A DNA stretch of 64,000 bases from Balamuthia mandrillaris (taxonomy: Eukaryota): contig JAVKOQ020000003.1 in NCBI GenBank assembly GCA_031835245.2, positions 310,001 through 374,000 of the forward strand. The letters are read 5' to 3'. This document shows positions 12,541-26,600 of the stretch, piece by piece. The notes under the pieces are model-generated. The model did no database searches. It was not told where the DNA came from and was given only the letters and a program-made list of their open reading frames with translations. The first letter of the stretch is position 1, and every line of letters starts with the position of its first letter. Both the position numbers and the translations under genes were made by a program.

Positions 12541-14947
12541 TTAAGAGGAAAAACCTCCTCGCTGGTTTGCACCAGCAGCAACTCCAAATCCTCCTCCTCT
12601 GCCACCCCTTCCTCCAAATCCACCTCCCCTCCTCCTCTTGTGCCACCACCGTAGCCAAGACCAGGGCCAGCTGCAGCACCGCCCCGTCCTCTTGTTCCCA
12701 TTCCTCTAGGCGCTCCTCTGTTTGGTTGTCCTCTTGCAACTTGACCTTGGCCGGGAAGAAAGGCTCCGCCTCGTCCTCCAACACCACCACCACGGTTTGC
12801 CATGCCTCCACCGCTTCCTCGAACCTGTCCGTTACCAGTAACGTTACCACCACGTCCTGTTCCTTTTGCAAAGCCTCCTGCTCCTCTGGGAGCTCCACCT
12901 GCGCCACCTCTTGGAGCTCCTCCTCTTTGAACGCCGTTGGCACCTCCTCCTCCTCCTCTTTGTACTCCAACACCTGCGCCTCCTCCTCTGGGTACTCCTC
13001 CTGCTCCTCCTCCTCTAAAACCAGCACCGCCTCGGGGCACGGCAGCTCCTCCTCTTCCTCGCCCAAAGCCACCAGCACCGCCCATTCCACTACCGCCTCT
13101 GCCAAAACCAGCACCGCCTACAGCTCCTCCTCCGTTCATAGCGTTCTGAGCAAAGGCTCCTCCTCGGCCACCACCACCATTAGTCACCATGTTAGATGTT
13201 GCAGTAGCTGTAGTGGATGCAGGTGGACGAGGTGGAGGAAAGTTCGGTCTCGTGGGAGGAGTTGCTGGTGGAGGTCCTTTGACTGTCATTGTAGTGGCGG
13301 TCGGTGGTTCCTCCTTGCCTTCCGCTTTTCTCTTCCATGCCTCGATCTCCTTCTCGAGGTCGGCATTGGTCTGCTGGTAGGATTGCAGCTCTAATCGCAG
13401 GCGATTGGCCTTGGTCTCCCACTGTTGCAGCTCCGTCTCCACCGCTCCTAACTTTTCCTTCTCAGCAGCTATCAGGCCCTTCAACTTGTCCAGGTTGGCC
13501 ATCCTCCCCGAGTCCTCTTTCACCAGCTCCGATTGGGAGGTCCGCAGACTACTGTCCAGCAATGGCGAGGAGGCCATGTGCGAGGAGCCTGGTCGAAGAG
13601 TACCCAATTTCATGTTGCGAAACTCTGCCAACGTGTTGACGGCTGACTTGGAGCCACCGATGGTCCTGAGTGCGGCCTTCTCCGAGGCTGCCAGTCTCGC
13701 GGAGCCTCCAGAAGAGGACTGTAATCCTCCCGCCCCTCCTTCGCTGCTGCTGGTGTTAAGCGGGATGCTGCGTCCTTTTCGAACGGACTTGAGCTTGGCC
13801 AGTTCCTCGTTTTGGAGGTAGTTCTTTTCAGTGCTAATGGCGTCTCGCCACTTGTCTTTCTCTGTCGGATCTTTGAACTGGACGATGAGAATTATCATGT
13901 CCTTGCCCACTCCATCCTCCAGTTCCAGTTGGTGAAGCAAACAGGAGACCTCGGTGCCGGTCGCTGTCTCCAATGGAGGCAAGTCTCTGACAATCACGGA
14001 ACGAACATTGAACATGTGTTTGATCTTTAACTTCTTTGTGAAGCGAATCGCTTTGGCCTGTTATTATTGTTAGAAGAGAAGTTATTTTAACCTGATAAAA
14101 ACAACGAGAACATACATGGATGATGAGGTCGTTGAATAATAGAAGATGAGAAGACTTGGAGCTTTTGGAGTTGCCGATGATCACTGGGAACACTCCGCGA
14201 AAGACAAACTGACGATTTGGAGCCACCAGAGAAAAGTCTGATGGCACGTCTGTAATCTCTTGGGCTATTTGCATTACACTACATACATAGAAGACGACAA
14301 AGTTGAAAACCAAAACCAGAACAAAAACAAAAACAAAAACATAACAGACAAAAAACAAAAGCAAGTAAGACAACGTACATTTGTAGATTCTCTGCATTTC
14401 TTTTGCTTTCATTGACATGCTCGGCGACTTCTCCGAGCTTATCCATCACCTCTGTAAGCTTGGCATAATCAGGATCACTCTCATCTGTATTCCGTATGAC
14501 TTCCTGGGAGCCACAGGAAAAAAGTCTAATAAGCAAATAATAACATAAAGAAAAGAAGTAACCAAAATAAATAAAAGAGACAGACCTTAAATAACAACGG
14601 GTATTTACAAATACGTTGCACAGGTTTAATAAGCAAGTCGATGATGTCCAATCTAGTGTTTGTGCTGGCTTTAGCAGCCTTTAAAAGCATAAAGGTCAAT
14701 GGATGAACTTAAAAAAAAACAACGAGACAAACGAAGCGTAATAAGAAAGCGAGTAGAACAACAGACAAGAGACCAAACAAGGAAACAACGCATGAAAGAA
14801 AACATACATCACAAAACGCTACAAAAGCTGCATTTTTCTTAAATAGTGTGTTGGTAAAGGTAACCGCAGTGCTGTAGTTGGAACAATAGGTGCTGTACAT
14901 CTTAAAATAATGCATCTATGTGTCATAAAGAAGTATGAGTGAAACTT

Positions 14948-14999
<52 letters not shown>

Positions 15000-15196
15000 A
15001 AAAACTCAACCGTTTTGAGAAAGAGGTCCGCGATGTGTTCTCCTTGAGGTGTTCGCCAGGTTTGTTCATCCAAGGATAACAGACCGTGAAGGAGTTGAGT
15101 GTTAACGCCCAGAATGGTTGGCATGGTTGAGAAAATGGTGTTGGATTGTAGTTTATCGATGATGCCTTGTTGCACTAGTGGGTGCATGTACCGCTG

Positions 15197-15234
<38 letters not shown>

Positions 15235-16178
15235 GAGCAACGATAGAGAATGAGCGAACAAGCGAAAGACAAGAGAGAAGGGAATAAAGACTAGAGAACT
15301 TGAGAAAGAGATAAAGAGAAGAGAGAAAAGACAAGATACATCAATGAGCAACTGAAGGTCAGCAACGTAGTCCCTCTCTGTTTTGATGATCTCTTTCATG
15401 GCCTCAATCCTGTGCCTCGCCTTCCGCTCCTCCGGCGTCTCGTTGACAGGCTCCGGTACGCTCACAGTGGCCGGCGGGGAAGGCGCATGGTAGTTGTTAT
15501 ACTCTCCATATTCATCGTAGTACTGCTGTTGATATTCTGGTGCTGCACCATCTTCATAGTAATGGTCCGTATAGCCGTTGCTTTGCTCATCGTAATTGTA
15601 GTCTTCGTAGGAGCCGTCCCCGTAGTGATAAGCTTCTCCGCTTGCACCTTCTTCTCCTTCGTAGTAATCGTAATAGTCGGCAGAGCTGTCGTCGTAGCTG
15701 CTCCCGCTCTCATAGTCGTTGTACGTGCCGTCTTCCGTTGCAGCTCCCGTTGGGGTGTCTACAGATTGACTCCATTGTTGTTCGCTGCCGTCTTCTCCTC
15801 CTTCTCCTTCGCCCCATTCCTCATAATATTCTTCCTCCTCCTCCTCATCGCAATAGTAATGATAAAAGCCTTCTTCATCATAGTAGCCGTATGTGTCCCA
15901 TTGAGGTACTCCCGCGTCGTCCTTCACATCATCAAAAGAAAAAGGAACGACAAAAGAGAGAAAGAAACAACGAAGAAGAAGAAAAAGAGAGAGAGAGAGA
16001 GATTGATAAATCAAAAATGAAAATGAAAATAAAAATAAAAGAGAGAGTTACATCGAATGTAACAACGTACCAAGTAGTATTGATAGCCGCTTTCCTCGTC
16101 GTCATAGTACTGCGGCGGCTCCCCGTTGGCCAACAACGGAGGCGGCGGTCTTAGGTTAGTGCTGGTGGCTGCCGCCAT
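12541..16178 (-). CDS. DH-PH RhoGEF with Tyr/acidic N-terminus, coiled coil and RGG-rich tail (apparent frameshift near 12626)
   Basis: AMKEIIKTERDYVADLQ; YSTYCSNY; LLIKPVQRICKYPLLF; HVNESKR; PH segment HLLLFNDLII; RGG repeats at 12550-13130. Confidence 0.9.
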
Positions 16179-16626
16179 TCTATGGTCCGCAGATTGCTTG
16201 CTCCAATATTATAACTGTATATAGTATTTTTTTTGTAAAGCCCAAAACGTATTTTTTTTCCTCTTTCTTCTTGGAAGCCACACGAGCCCAGTAACGCGAG
16301 CCGGAAGTTGAAGCGTGAAGTAATCCGTTTGGGTATAACGGCTTCAGCTGTTGTTTTATTCTTTTTATTTTTATATATTTTTTTATTCTTTGTTTGAAAC
16401 AAAAAAAATAAGATGCACCAAAGCAAACGGTGGGTCCGTTCAACCCACGGAAATTTGTCCGGTGGCACAGCTTCAGCTTAAGGTACTCCTGCATTGGACA
16501 TCCTCTGGATCCATTCCATGAACGGCCCTAATAATAAGCAATTATAACAGTGTTTATATATATTAGAGCCACCAAATGAACATTTCTGTTTTTTCTTCGT
16601 TCTTTTTACGCATTGTTTCCGCGGTT

Positions 16627-16905
16627 TCAGGAGGGGGTGGACGCAGAGAGGATGTCCTGCTGCGTGTCCAGCATGAAGTGTTGGTGGGCCGTTGCGATGA
16701 GCTCCTCCTCCAACTTATCCTCCACGAAGCTCTCTTCCCGCGTGTAATAGAGCCCGTTGTTGCGTTCGACGACGAGCCCGGCCGCTAAGAGCTTTTGGAG
16801 GGGGTCGTTCACCTCAAAGTCGACCTCCACTTTGAAGCTCTTTTCCAAAAGATATTCACAAGCACCATCTTGGTTTTTTTGCAACAGAAAAAAAAATCAG
16901 AATAC

Positions 16906-16948
<43 letters not shown>

Positions 16949-18241
16949 ACGAGAAGATAGAACTCAAAGAAATAAACGACAAGAAGAACAAACGACAAAA
17001 AGAAAGGAACACAAAGCACAAACCCAATTCCTCCCTACTGATGCCCACTTTCCACTTCCAAATTACAAAGTAGGTCATGACCAGTTCTTTGAAGTCCTGT
17101 TCCACAGCGCTCTCCTTCACATAGCTCAGCACACTGCGGTTGCAGTTGAGCGAGTTATTGTAGAGAGAGTTGGTGATCATATTGCTGCACAGACGAGAGC
17201 TTCTGTTGCTGGCAATCTTTCTGTTGATGTACCGTAACAGTAGCGGCATCATCACAAAGAGAATGCCAAGCACAGCTTCGTCGAGGTAGGTGGAGCGAGA
17301 AATGGCGGTGAAGGCCTTGAAGGCGATGGTCACCACCCAACTGAGCAGCATCAGAAAATAGAGAATGTCAGCCCAGTTGAGGCCCGTTTGTTTGATGGGA
17401 AAGATAAGCTTCACATTCTTCATTGGAATGTCATAGAAACTATGTATAGAATGAACAGGGATTGAAGTAACGGTTGAAGAACTTAGACGAGGTAGAACGC
17501 GAGAGAGAGAGAAAGAGAGAGAGTACCGCTGAACATGAATCTTATAATTCGACAGTTGATCTTCAGCAAAACAACTGCCGTCACCGTCAGGCGATGAGTC
17601 AGAAGAGGGTAAAGATGATGAGGCATTTGCTCGTTTCCTGAATAAGACCACCAATTCTTTGTAAGTTGGCTCTTGCAACTCTATACGAGAGAAGAAAGTC
17701 TTGAGGTTTAGGAGGGGGTAGTCCGCAAGAGTGATGCGCTTGATGGCTTGTGGTCGATGAATGCTGGTTGGTAAGACTCCCGTAGTCATCGGACCACCTT
17801 CTCCTACTAGGCTTTTTCGCAGGGCATCAGGTCTTGAAGTTTTTGCCGGCTGATACCCCACCGTTCTATTTCACATATAAATAAGGAGATAAGGAGAAGG
17901 AGAGGGAGAGTCAAAGACAGTACCGAATTGTGCCAATCCCAAACAAACTTTTCAAGAAGTTAAGGCCACCTTGTAACAGAAAATCTATCTTTTGCAACCA
18001 GAAATAGCCGGAAAACTTACGCACACCAGCGCCTCGCCAAAACACCAACGTGTGGCGTGCAAAGCTTGGCAGTTCATCCACCACTGGTTGTGTGGCTCTA
18101 CCACCGTATTCATTAACTCGCTCTTGCATCAGGTCTGAATTGAAGTAATCAGAGAGCAGCTCGGTGTCTAACTTATCCCAGTCCACTTTCATTGGAAGGC
18201 CAAAAAAGACCTGAGCGATCATTTCATCAGTTCAGTTCTCC

Positions 18242-18274
<33 letters not shown>

Positions 18275-19606
18275 GCTCTCTCCCCTCCCCTCGCAAGTCT
18301 CGTGGTATGTTTCTCTGGTTGCTGTATTGCGGTTAAACGCTACGTACTTGCTCTGAATCATCAGAGAAGTCCAGCTCTCGTTGGGTTAGCACATTGAAGT
18401 TGGCTGCACGAACGGTGCCTATGAAGCTATCTACAAATCGGTTGCATAGTTCACGTTTCTGTGCAGCTGATGCTCTCAGAAACTTTTCCCTCATTGACTA
18501 ACGCGAATCAGTAAGCAAACAGAACGAGAAGAAGCAAGGAGCAGAAGAAGAAGGAGAAGTTACAGAAACGTTGCAAGCCTCGTTGCGAACGGCCGGATTG
18601 AAAAGGGTATCATAGCGTTGCAGCTCTGCAGCAGCCGCATTGCTCTTTGCCAGAATGAGATAAAAGTACATTCCACAGAAACGTCTAAAGTGGCTTAAAC
18701 CCGGCGAAGAGGAGGATGCACCATCGCCAGGCCGCATGGTAGTGGTGCCCGAGTCACGGTCCATCAGAGCCAAAAGCTCAAACAAGGATCCGACCAAACT
18801 TTCCACTGGCACTGGGATGTAGTTTTGATGAGGCACCCATACTTTGTTATTGGCCTACAGGCAAAACATTTCGAAGAGAGAACAGCAGTGAGAATTTTGG
18901 AAGAAGAAAAAGAAAGAGAAGAAGAAGAAAGAAGAAGAACAACAAGAAGAAGAAACAACCAACAATGACAACAAGCAGAAACAGTAGAATAACGTATAAA
19001 AAGGAGTACTTTGTCAAAATAGAGTCTTTCGTCGGCTCGCACAAACCCAAGATAGTCAAGCTCTTGTTTCGCTCCCTCCTCCTTCCTTTTGTCTTGTCGT
19101 TGCTGCTGTGCGCTTCCCTTTCGGTGGTGATACTGCCGAAGGGTCTCCTTTCTCTTCTGCTCCATTCGGTACATGCCCTCGGTCACATCCTTGATGAACT
19201 CTTCGTGGTGAACACCAGCCACAGCAACAGAAGCCTTTGCGGAAACTCTTTCATCATCGTTTTCTTCGTCTTCTGCTGCATCAAAAGAAGTGGAAGAAGA
19301 GTAGTTTTGTTTTGATCCCACTTCAAAAGGAGGAGGAAAAGAGGAAGGAACATAGGAAGGAGAATACAGAACAGGAAAGCCTCCACGGCCACTGCCAACA
19401 GGATGCAACGCAGAAGCAAACTCTGAAGGCGAAGCGGAGGAAGAGGAGAAGGAGGGGAGAGAAGAAGGCGACGGAAAATGAAGCACGTTCTCCTCTGAAG
19501 AGGAGGAGGCTCCTCCAGGATGAGGGGATGAGGAGGAGGTGCCCACCCATCCCTGTTGGCTTCGCGAAGGATGAGCAGGATAGCCCATGCCTCCTGTCCG
19601 CTCCAT
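16627..19606 (-). CDS. DUF3754 / TMEM143-like membrane protein, multi-exon
   Basis: QEPTYKELVVLFR, FYDIPMKNVKLIFP, two TM helices, EQDFKELVMTYF, VDFEVNDPLQKLLAAGLV. Confidence 0.75.
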
Positions 19607-19897
19607 TCCCTATCTTTGCTCCGCTTGTTTCTTTTTGCCTTCACTTAATAGCGGTGAGGTCAGTAACTACCAAATTTAGCTCCTTATTACGTGGGTTCAT
19701 TTTTTCACGTTTTATGCTGAATTCCAGACATACTTCACATAATTCAAATTTTTGACAAATTTTGAATGCCGATCATACCCAACATTTTTATAATTCCTCG
19801 CAAATACTTAGCATTTTCTGAATTCTCTGCATTGACTAAATAAATAATTTTTTTTTTCAGTTTGCTTCACGGAAGAAAGTTTGAAGAGCGGACGATT

Positions 19898-21903
19898 ATG
19901 AAGGCTGCCGCAACAGCCGTGGATTATGCTGCCAAGGTCAACGGCCTCTTTCCGGTGGACATCACACTGGAGGAGGCGAGGCGTGCGATCGTGGGCTTCC
20001 CCGGTTTCACTGAGAGCCGCAAAGATGATGTCATAATTTTCAACTACGACTTTTGCTTCAAGACCACCTTTCCCGACCCAAACACCGCCGAAGACGCTGA
20101 AACAGCTTATTTGAGACGAGTGAGGAGGTTTGATTCTTGTTGTGTTCCTCTTCTTGTTGTCTTATGTTGTCTTATGTTGTCTTATGTTGTTGTTGTCTTA
20201 TGTTGTTGTTGTTGTTGTTCTTGTTGTTGTTCTTGTTGTTGTTCTTGTTGTTGTTCTTCTTCTTCCTCTCCTCTCGTTTGCTTTTTGATTCTCATGTTCT
20301 TCTTGTTCTTCTTCTTGTTCTTGTTCTTGTTCTTGTTCTTGTTCTTGTTCTTCTTCTTCTTCTTCTTCTTCTTCTTCTTCTGCTTTTGCTGCTTCTTCTT
20401 CTTCTTCTTCTTCTTCTTCTTCTTCTTCTTCTTCTTCTTGTTCTTCTTCTTCTTGTTCTTCTTGTTCTTCTTCTTGTTCATTCTCAACTTTTTTTTTTGA
20501 ATGCAAATAAATAGGGAATGCCGAGGTCTCATATTCAGTGTTGAGACAGGAGAGGTCATAGCGAGAAGGTTACACAAGTTTTTCAATGTGGGAGAGCTGG
20601 AGGAGACCGAGGCTGACCGCATCGACCTTACCAGACCTCATGTCATTCTCGAAAAAATGGATGGGTTAGGCCCTTCTCCTTTCTTTCTTGGTTTCATTCT
20701 TTCTTTCTTCCTCTTATTCCTCTTTCTCTATCCGCGTCTCCTTCTCCATTTTTCATGCTTTCTTTATTGTTGCAATACCAAGCAGCTAATACCGACAAAA
20801 GATCATTAGTATCACCATTCTTGACAGGAGGGCGCCTCCGCTTCGGCACAAAAAGCGGTGTGACCGACCTCAGCGTATCCCTTGAGGAGAACTATTTGGC
20901 CAAGAGCAAGGCTCCCTACCATGACTTCTCGCAGGAGTGGATGCAAAGGGGATATACTCCTCTCTTCGAGTGGTGTTGTGTGGCGCAACAGATAGTGGTG
21001 GCTTATCCCGAGGACCTCCTCATGCTCATCTCCATAAGACACAATCGCACTGGGGCTTACGTACCTTATAAGGAGATGGTTGCCAGCGCACAAAAGTGGG
21101 GCATTCCAGTTGTATCTGCCCTCAAAGGTTCTTTGTTCTGTCTTTGGACTTCTTAAACTCGTTCGAACGTTATCATGTTCTATGTATATCTTATTTCTTT
21201 TTGTCTTTTGCTTATCTCGGCTGATATTATACCACCACCTATAATAGGTACATTGGAAGGCATTGAAAAGCTTATAGACACAGTGAAAAAGAGCGAAGGC
21301 TTGGAGGGATACGTGCTGATCTTCCAGGACAACGGCGAGATGTACAAGATCAAGAGCGAGTGGTACTTTGAGCGCAGCAAGAAGCAACCCGGCGGCGCCT
21401 TAGGCTCTCAGGAGAAGGACGTCTGGCTGTTGGCCCTGGAGAACAAGCTCGACGACATAGCCATCACCATAGGACCAGCACAACGCGAGAGGGTGGAGCG
21501 ATTCGCGGAGGAGTTATTCCTTGCGGTCGATCGAACGGCCAAGCGGATCGAGGCGGTCGTTGAGGAGGCGAGGCTAAAGGGCATCCAAGGGAAGCCAGCT
21601 TTTGTTCGCTTTGTGAGCGAGAAGAAGAAGATCAACAAGGGTCGTTATGGAAGAGGCAAGAAGGGGGTCTCGAAGCCCGAAGAGGGAGAAGAGAAGAAGA
21701 AAGAAAAAGAAGAGGCGAGCGAAGCAAAAAAAGACGATGAAGAAGAAGGAGAAGTATTCCCGGAAGTGAGTCTGTATTTTGCCTGTTGGGATGGACGTGA
21801 TGCGCTGCAGGAGGTTATTCGGCTGTTGAAGAGGGCTTGTTCTAGTCGTACGAAGCTGGACCAAGCGCGGCACCTTGCTGAAAACATTTACTTCCAGTTT
21901 TAA
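19898..21903 (+). CDS. T4 Rnl1-like ATP-dependent RNA ligase; introns 20128-20514, 20665-20801, 21128-21247
   Basis: FNY; RECRGLIF; LHKFFNVGE; motif I EKMDGSLV; FGTKSG; TPLFEW; IVVAYPED; IRHNRTGAY; motif IV EGYVL; motif V YKIKSEWYF. Confidence 0.88.
20155..20480. repeat. Intronic (TTG/TTC/TTGTTC)n microsatellite
   Basis: Directly visible tandem repeats in intron 1 of the RNA ligase. Confidence 0.95.
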
Positions 21904-22044
21904 ACGAGGAATGGTGAAAAAAAATAAAATAAAATTAAACGATCATTTGATTGGCTGAGGAATGAAATTAACTTTTATGATTTATGATTGGATAGATCGA
22001 AGATTGATCGAACCAGAAGCAAAAAAAAAACCAACAGCAGAGAG

Positions 22045-22850
22045 ATGAGAACAAGTCGCTGCTCCTCTTTGTGGCCAACAAGTAGATCGTCCCTTCGAGT
22101 TGCCTCCTTGAGTTCTAGACACTGTTACAGCAGTTTTTCAGGGTTCGTTTTTTTTTTTTTTTTTTTGCTAAAAATCAGTTCTATCTGACTGTTGATTTTA
22201 TTGGCAAAAAACAAAAACTTCAACTGAAGGAATAAGAGATGGATTCCTTCCACTTCGGCTGTGGCTGCTGCTGCTCGCGACCACCTCGACAACGTGCCCA
22301 TGCCCAAGTATCCGGTGGTGCTATGCCATGGCCTTCTTGGCTTTGACACCCTCAACCTCTTGCCCAAAGGGCGGCTCTCCCTACCGTACTGGTGGGGCAT
22401 CGTTCACGCTTTGGAGGCCCGAGGCGTTCCCGTGTTCACTGCGCGAGTGCCGCCCACCGCTCACGTCGAGGTTCGAGCGGCACGACTCAAGGAGAGGGTC
22501 CTCCAGATCCTTAGGGAACTTCCAGCTACCACTCATGAAGGCACACGAAAAATGGATCCCTCCTCGTATGTCGTTCTTCTTTAAACTCTTCGTTTTCTCT
22601 TCGCTCCTTCTCTCGCTTTCTCTCTCGCTTTCTCTCTCTCTCTCTCTCTCTCCCCCTCCTCTCTCCTATCTCTTGTTTGACCCAATCGAATACAATCATC
22701 ATAAAACAGTATAAAGCGGGTGGAGAAAGCTGAGCCATCAACAGCTGGTTCGTTGGATCCAACACCAAAGGACGACCAAACAAACCTTTCCTTAGGGAAA
22801 GTAAACCTTGTTGGTCATTCAATGGGTGGCCTCGATGCTCGATATATGGT

Positions 22851-22893
<43 letters not shown>

Positions 22894-23503
22894 TCATCCT
22901 AAGAGTGTCTATCAGGTATCGTGTTTAGGTGGACATGAGTTTGTTAGTAGCGTAACAACGATAGGAACTCCTCATCACGGTTCTACCTGTGCAGGTTCCT
23001 TTCCTTTACTTGTTCCACATTCCATCTTCTGTCTTCCTGCTTCTTCTACTCCTTATATAACCATTTGAACAATCCTAGATTGGTTCTTGCGTTACATGCT
23101 TCGACCAGGCATGGAACGAGCCCTTAACAAACTCAACATTCCAACCGAAGCCTTCCACTGCCTTACTCCAAGCTACATGCGGGACCACTTTAACCGCAAC
23201 GTCTTGGACCACCCTTCCGTCAAGTACTATTCTTTCGGTGCTTCTCGCCATCGCTCTCAACTGCCGTTCGTTGCTCGACCTTTCTACGATGTGTTGGCAG
23301 CCGCTGAAGGAGAGAACGACGGGTTGGTAAGCTGTGAGTCGGCTCGTTGGGGAACGTATCTTGGCACTCTACGTGCAGATCATATGGAGCAGATTGGGTG
23401 GTTGACTCGCTTGTTGCCATTGCCTCAGTTGTACGACCGGCCTTATGATGCTTTGTCCTTTTATTTAGAGTTGGCTGAATTTTTGGCCAAACAAGGACAC
23501 TGA
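22045..23503 (+). CDS. Alpha/beta-hydrolase triacylglycerol lipase (TGL2-like) with probable mitochondrial targeting peptide
   Basis: PVVLCHGLLGFD; VNLVGHSMGGLDARY; TTIGTPHHGS; ENDGLVS...ARWG; ADH; Arg/Ser-rich exon 1 from ATG 22045. Confidence 0.9.
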
Positions 23504-23616
23504 AGAAGCCACGAAGAGAAGCACCAACTAACAATGAAAGGAAGATAGTTGAGGGACAACAAAGTATAAGTTTATTGGAAATGTAACCACAAATAGGAGA
23601 ATGTGCTGCTACTTCT

Positions 23617-26600
23617 TCAAATCAACATATCTTCCTCATCGTCGTCTTTCATGCGAGAGGCGATGCCATCTACCTTCTTCTGCAATTTCTTGAAAGCATG
23701 TTTCATCTTCAGCTCCATGTGTACCATTTGAGCATTGTGCTGCTGCAATGCTGCTGTTGCTGTCTCTATCTTTCTGTTGGTACTTACGCCTCCTCCTTCT
23801 GCTGTGGCTTCCATCTCCTCTTCTTCTGGCTCCTCATCCATGGCCTTCTTTTTGGCAATCTTCTCACCTGGGGCTTGTTGTCTGCTCAAAAGATACGCGG
23901 AGTATGGCTGACCTCCAAACCTGTAATCCGAAGCATTTCCTTTCTTCTTTGCTGCCCCTCCAGCGCTTCGGTTCATCAGGTTTCGAGCGGTGGCTGACAC
24001 TCGAGGTTGTCTTGCTGCTGGAGGGGGCACAGGTGGAACGTAATGATGGCGGCTTTGTGCGTTCAGGTCTTCGAGTTCTGTATCACTGTGGAAGAAGCCT
24101 TCCTCTTCGTCGGCGATGGATACCAAGGTTTTGCTTCTCGTCAATTTCTTGAATTTATCACTCTGTTTTATTGACAGTGTGAGAGAAAGAGAGCAAAGAG
24201 GAGAAAGGGGGAAGCGAGAACCTTGGCAGGATCGGCGTAATACATCAACACAAGGAAAGCATAGTCAAGATAGTACTCCAAGTTGGCTTTCTCAATAACC
24301 TCCGCATAAGAAGTACTTAACATAGCAATCAACAAGTTCAACAACATGATCGCTATAACAATTATGTGAGAAAACGTGAAAACAACGAAAGGAGGGAATG
24401 AAAAAGGCACAAACTTGATATGATCATGTAAATAAGGTACAACACGATAGCTCCAAAGTGAATGTCGCTGGCCACTGTGTCAAAGTCTCCATCTCCAACT
24501 GCTGTTCGAAACATGGACACCCTTTTATTTTGTCAGAAAGCAAACAATGGAAGATGCAGCAGAAAGAAGGCAAGATGAAGAAAAAGACAGGTTTGTAAAA
24601 AAGAAAAACATACATAGACCAATAAATAGCGCGATAAGACCAAACGGTGGAGCCCAACAAAAGGAACAACGCCAGGCTGAACGAGAGAATGAATACAATA
24701 AAGACGCTTCCCCACACAATCAATGCCCTTAACATCTAACAAACTAGAAATAAATTTTGTGTTTTTAAGAAAGAAGAAGACAAGCATTACCCGGCGGACG
24801 ATGATGAGCAGCACTCCCACGTTCTGATGAACACGCATAAACTTGAGCAGCTTGGCCCAGCCCAACACCAAAACTATTTGGTGTTATAGCATAGAGAATC
24901 AAGTGAAGGTCAAAAAAAAAAAGAATCGAAAAGAAGATAAAGGAGTAAGGAAGGTAACTGAAGGCGATTGTATGGAACTGATAGTCTCTGTAACGGGCCA
25001 ATCGATTAAAGCTGACAAAGTCAGTATCGTCAGCCTCCCAATCCAAGCTATCGATGATTCCGATTTCGATGAACCGGAAGATGGCCAACACGATGAAGCC
25101 CAGATATATAGTTACATCCACCGCGTTCCACCCGTTAAGGAAGTAACGACGCTTCTCAATGATTATCTGTTGTTTTTATGCAAGTTTTTCAGCATAAAAG
25201 AAGGACGAAGAAAGAAGGGAGAGAGAACCTCTTTGATTTCTATGACAACTGAGATGGCGACCCAAATGCCAATGACGATCTCCATCGCTAGCTCTGCCCA
25301 ATCTCCACTGGAGTTATACTTGCTTTATGCAGTTAAAGAAAAAACAAAGAGAACAACAGAGAGAGAGAGAGAAAGAGAGAGCGTGAGAGAGGAAGAAAGG
25401 ATATCTGTAAAGTTTGACGGTGAAGAACTCTGAAGATGGAAACACGACGCCGGCAGCTGGCATGTCCCACATGATGCGAACAACACTGAATAGGTTGATG
25501 TTTGGATTGTACACTGCCTTCAAGTCAGTTCACCGGCCTTGAAAGGCAAAGAAAGAATGAAGAGAAAGCAACAAACTCGTAAACTCGATGAAGACGCCAC
25601 GAGTCAATTCGTCCAACCAGTTGTTCTCATAAAGTTCAGATAACTTTTCGAACGTGGCGTTGGCATCTCTAGTGTTCAGAGTCACTTTATAGCCTCCCCT
25701 CTCAGGAAACAACTCTTCCAACATACTGATGAACGATTCGCTGTCTGAAGGCTCCGAATAAGTCCATCTGTAGTCCAGTGGTTCCCAAATCAAAATAGGT
25801 TAACAGAAATAAGCACAGAATGAAGAAAGCAAGCACGAACCCTTCTCCACCAGGACCGAACGTGCCTTTGGACTCGGTTTCATCGTGATCGTACTCACCA
25901 TAACATTGTCCATTCTTGGCGAGAGCTTCATAGTCATCGTTGATAAGATCGCAGGAGCCAGGTTCTACGCGAAACTGGCGGAGCTGAACTTTGTTGGTGA
26001 CCACTCGGTTGTAACGCATAATGAATGAAGACTCTGGGGAAAAGAAGTTTATGAAGAACGGTCCTGTTATCCACTATTAGGTTGTTTTTGTTAACGACAT
26101 CATTCCAGAACAAAGGTAGGAGAGAGTGAGTCAGAGAGATGAGCAAGCAGAGTGAAGAAAGGAAGAGACAACAAAAAGAAGAACGTACAGTCCATATTTC
26201 TGGTATTTGGTCGGTATCAGCAAAGAACTTTTTGAAGTTTCCAGGAGCACCCGTTCTGCTGTCGAAGGGACGATCGATGTAAAACTCCTCTCCCACCGTC
26301 CTCACTCGGATGGAGTGTTCAAAGTAGTATGCCTTCGAATGCAGGTCCGTACTCGTCAACAGCATTACTGGCAAACAGAAAAACAAGAGCTTGTTCGTCA
26401 CAAACAAATATATAACATGAGAATATCAAATAAGATACGTACTGACTGTAAACAAAACAAGAAACACGAAATAGGACGAAAAACTGAGCAAAAAACGGAC
26501 TCTGGGATGGGCCAACAAAGCTCTCCAATTTGCGGACCACCATTGTGGATTCCAGCTCAACTTAAGATCCCATGTTTTGTTCAATGTTGCTTGAATTCTG

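Noticed and set aside
12359..13394. Long overlapping Ser-rich and Glu-rich ORFs
   Set aside because: These are shadow frames of the RGG-rich RhoGEF exon.
20137..20622. Poly-Leu/Lys/Glu ORFs over the TTC/TTG repeat (likewise 36436-37102 and 47462-48160)
   Set aside because: These are translations of intronic microsatellites bounded by GT-AG, and the flanking exons join in frame without them.
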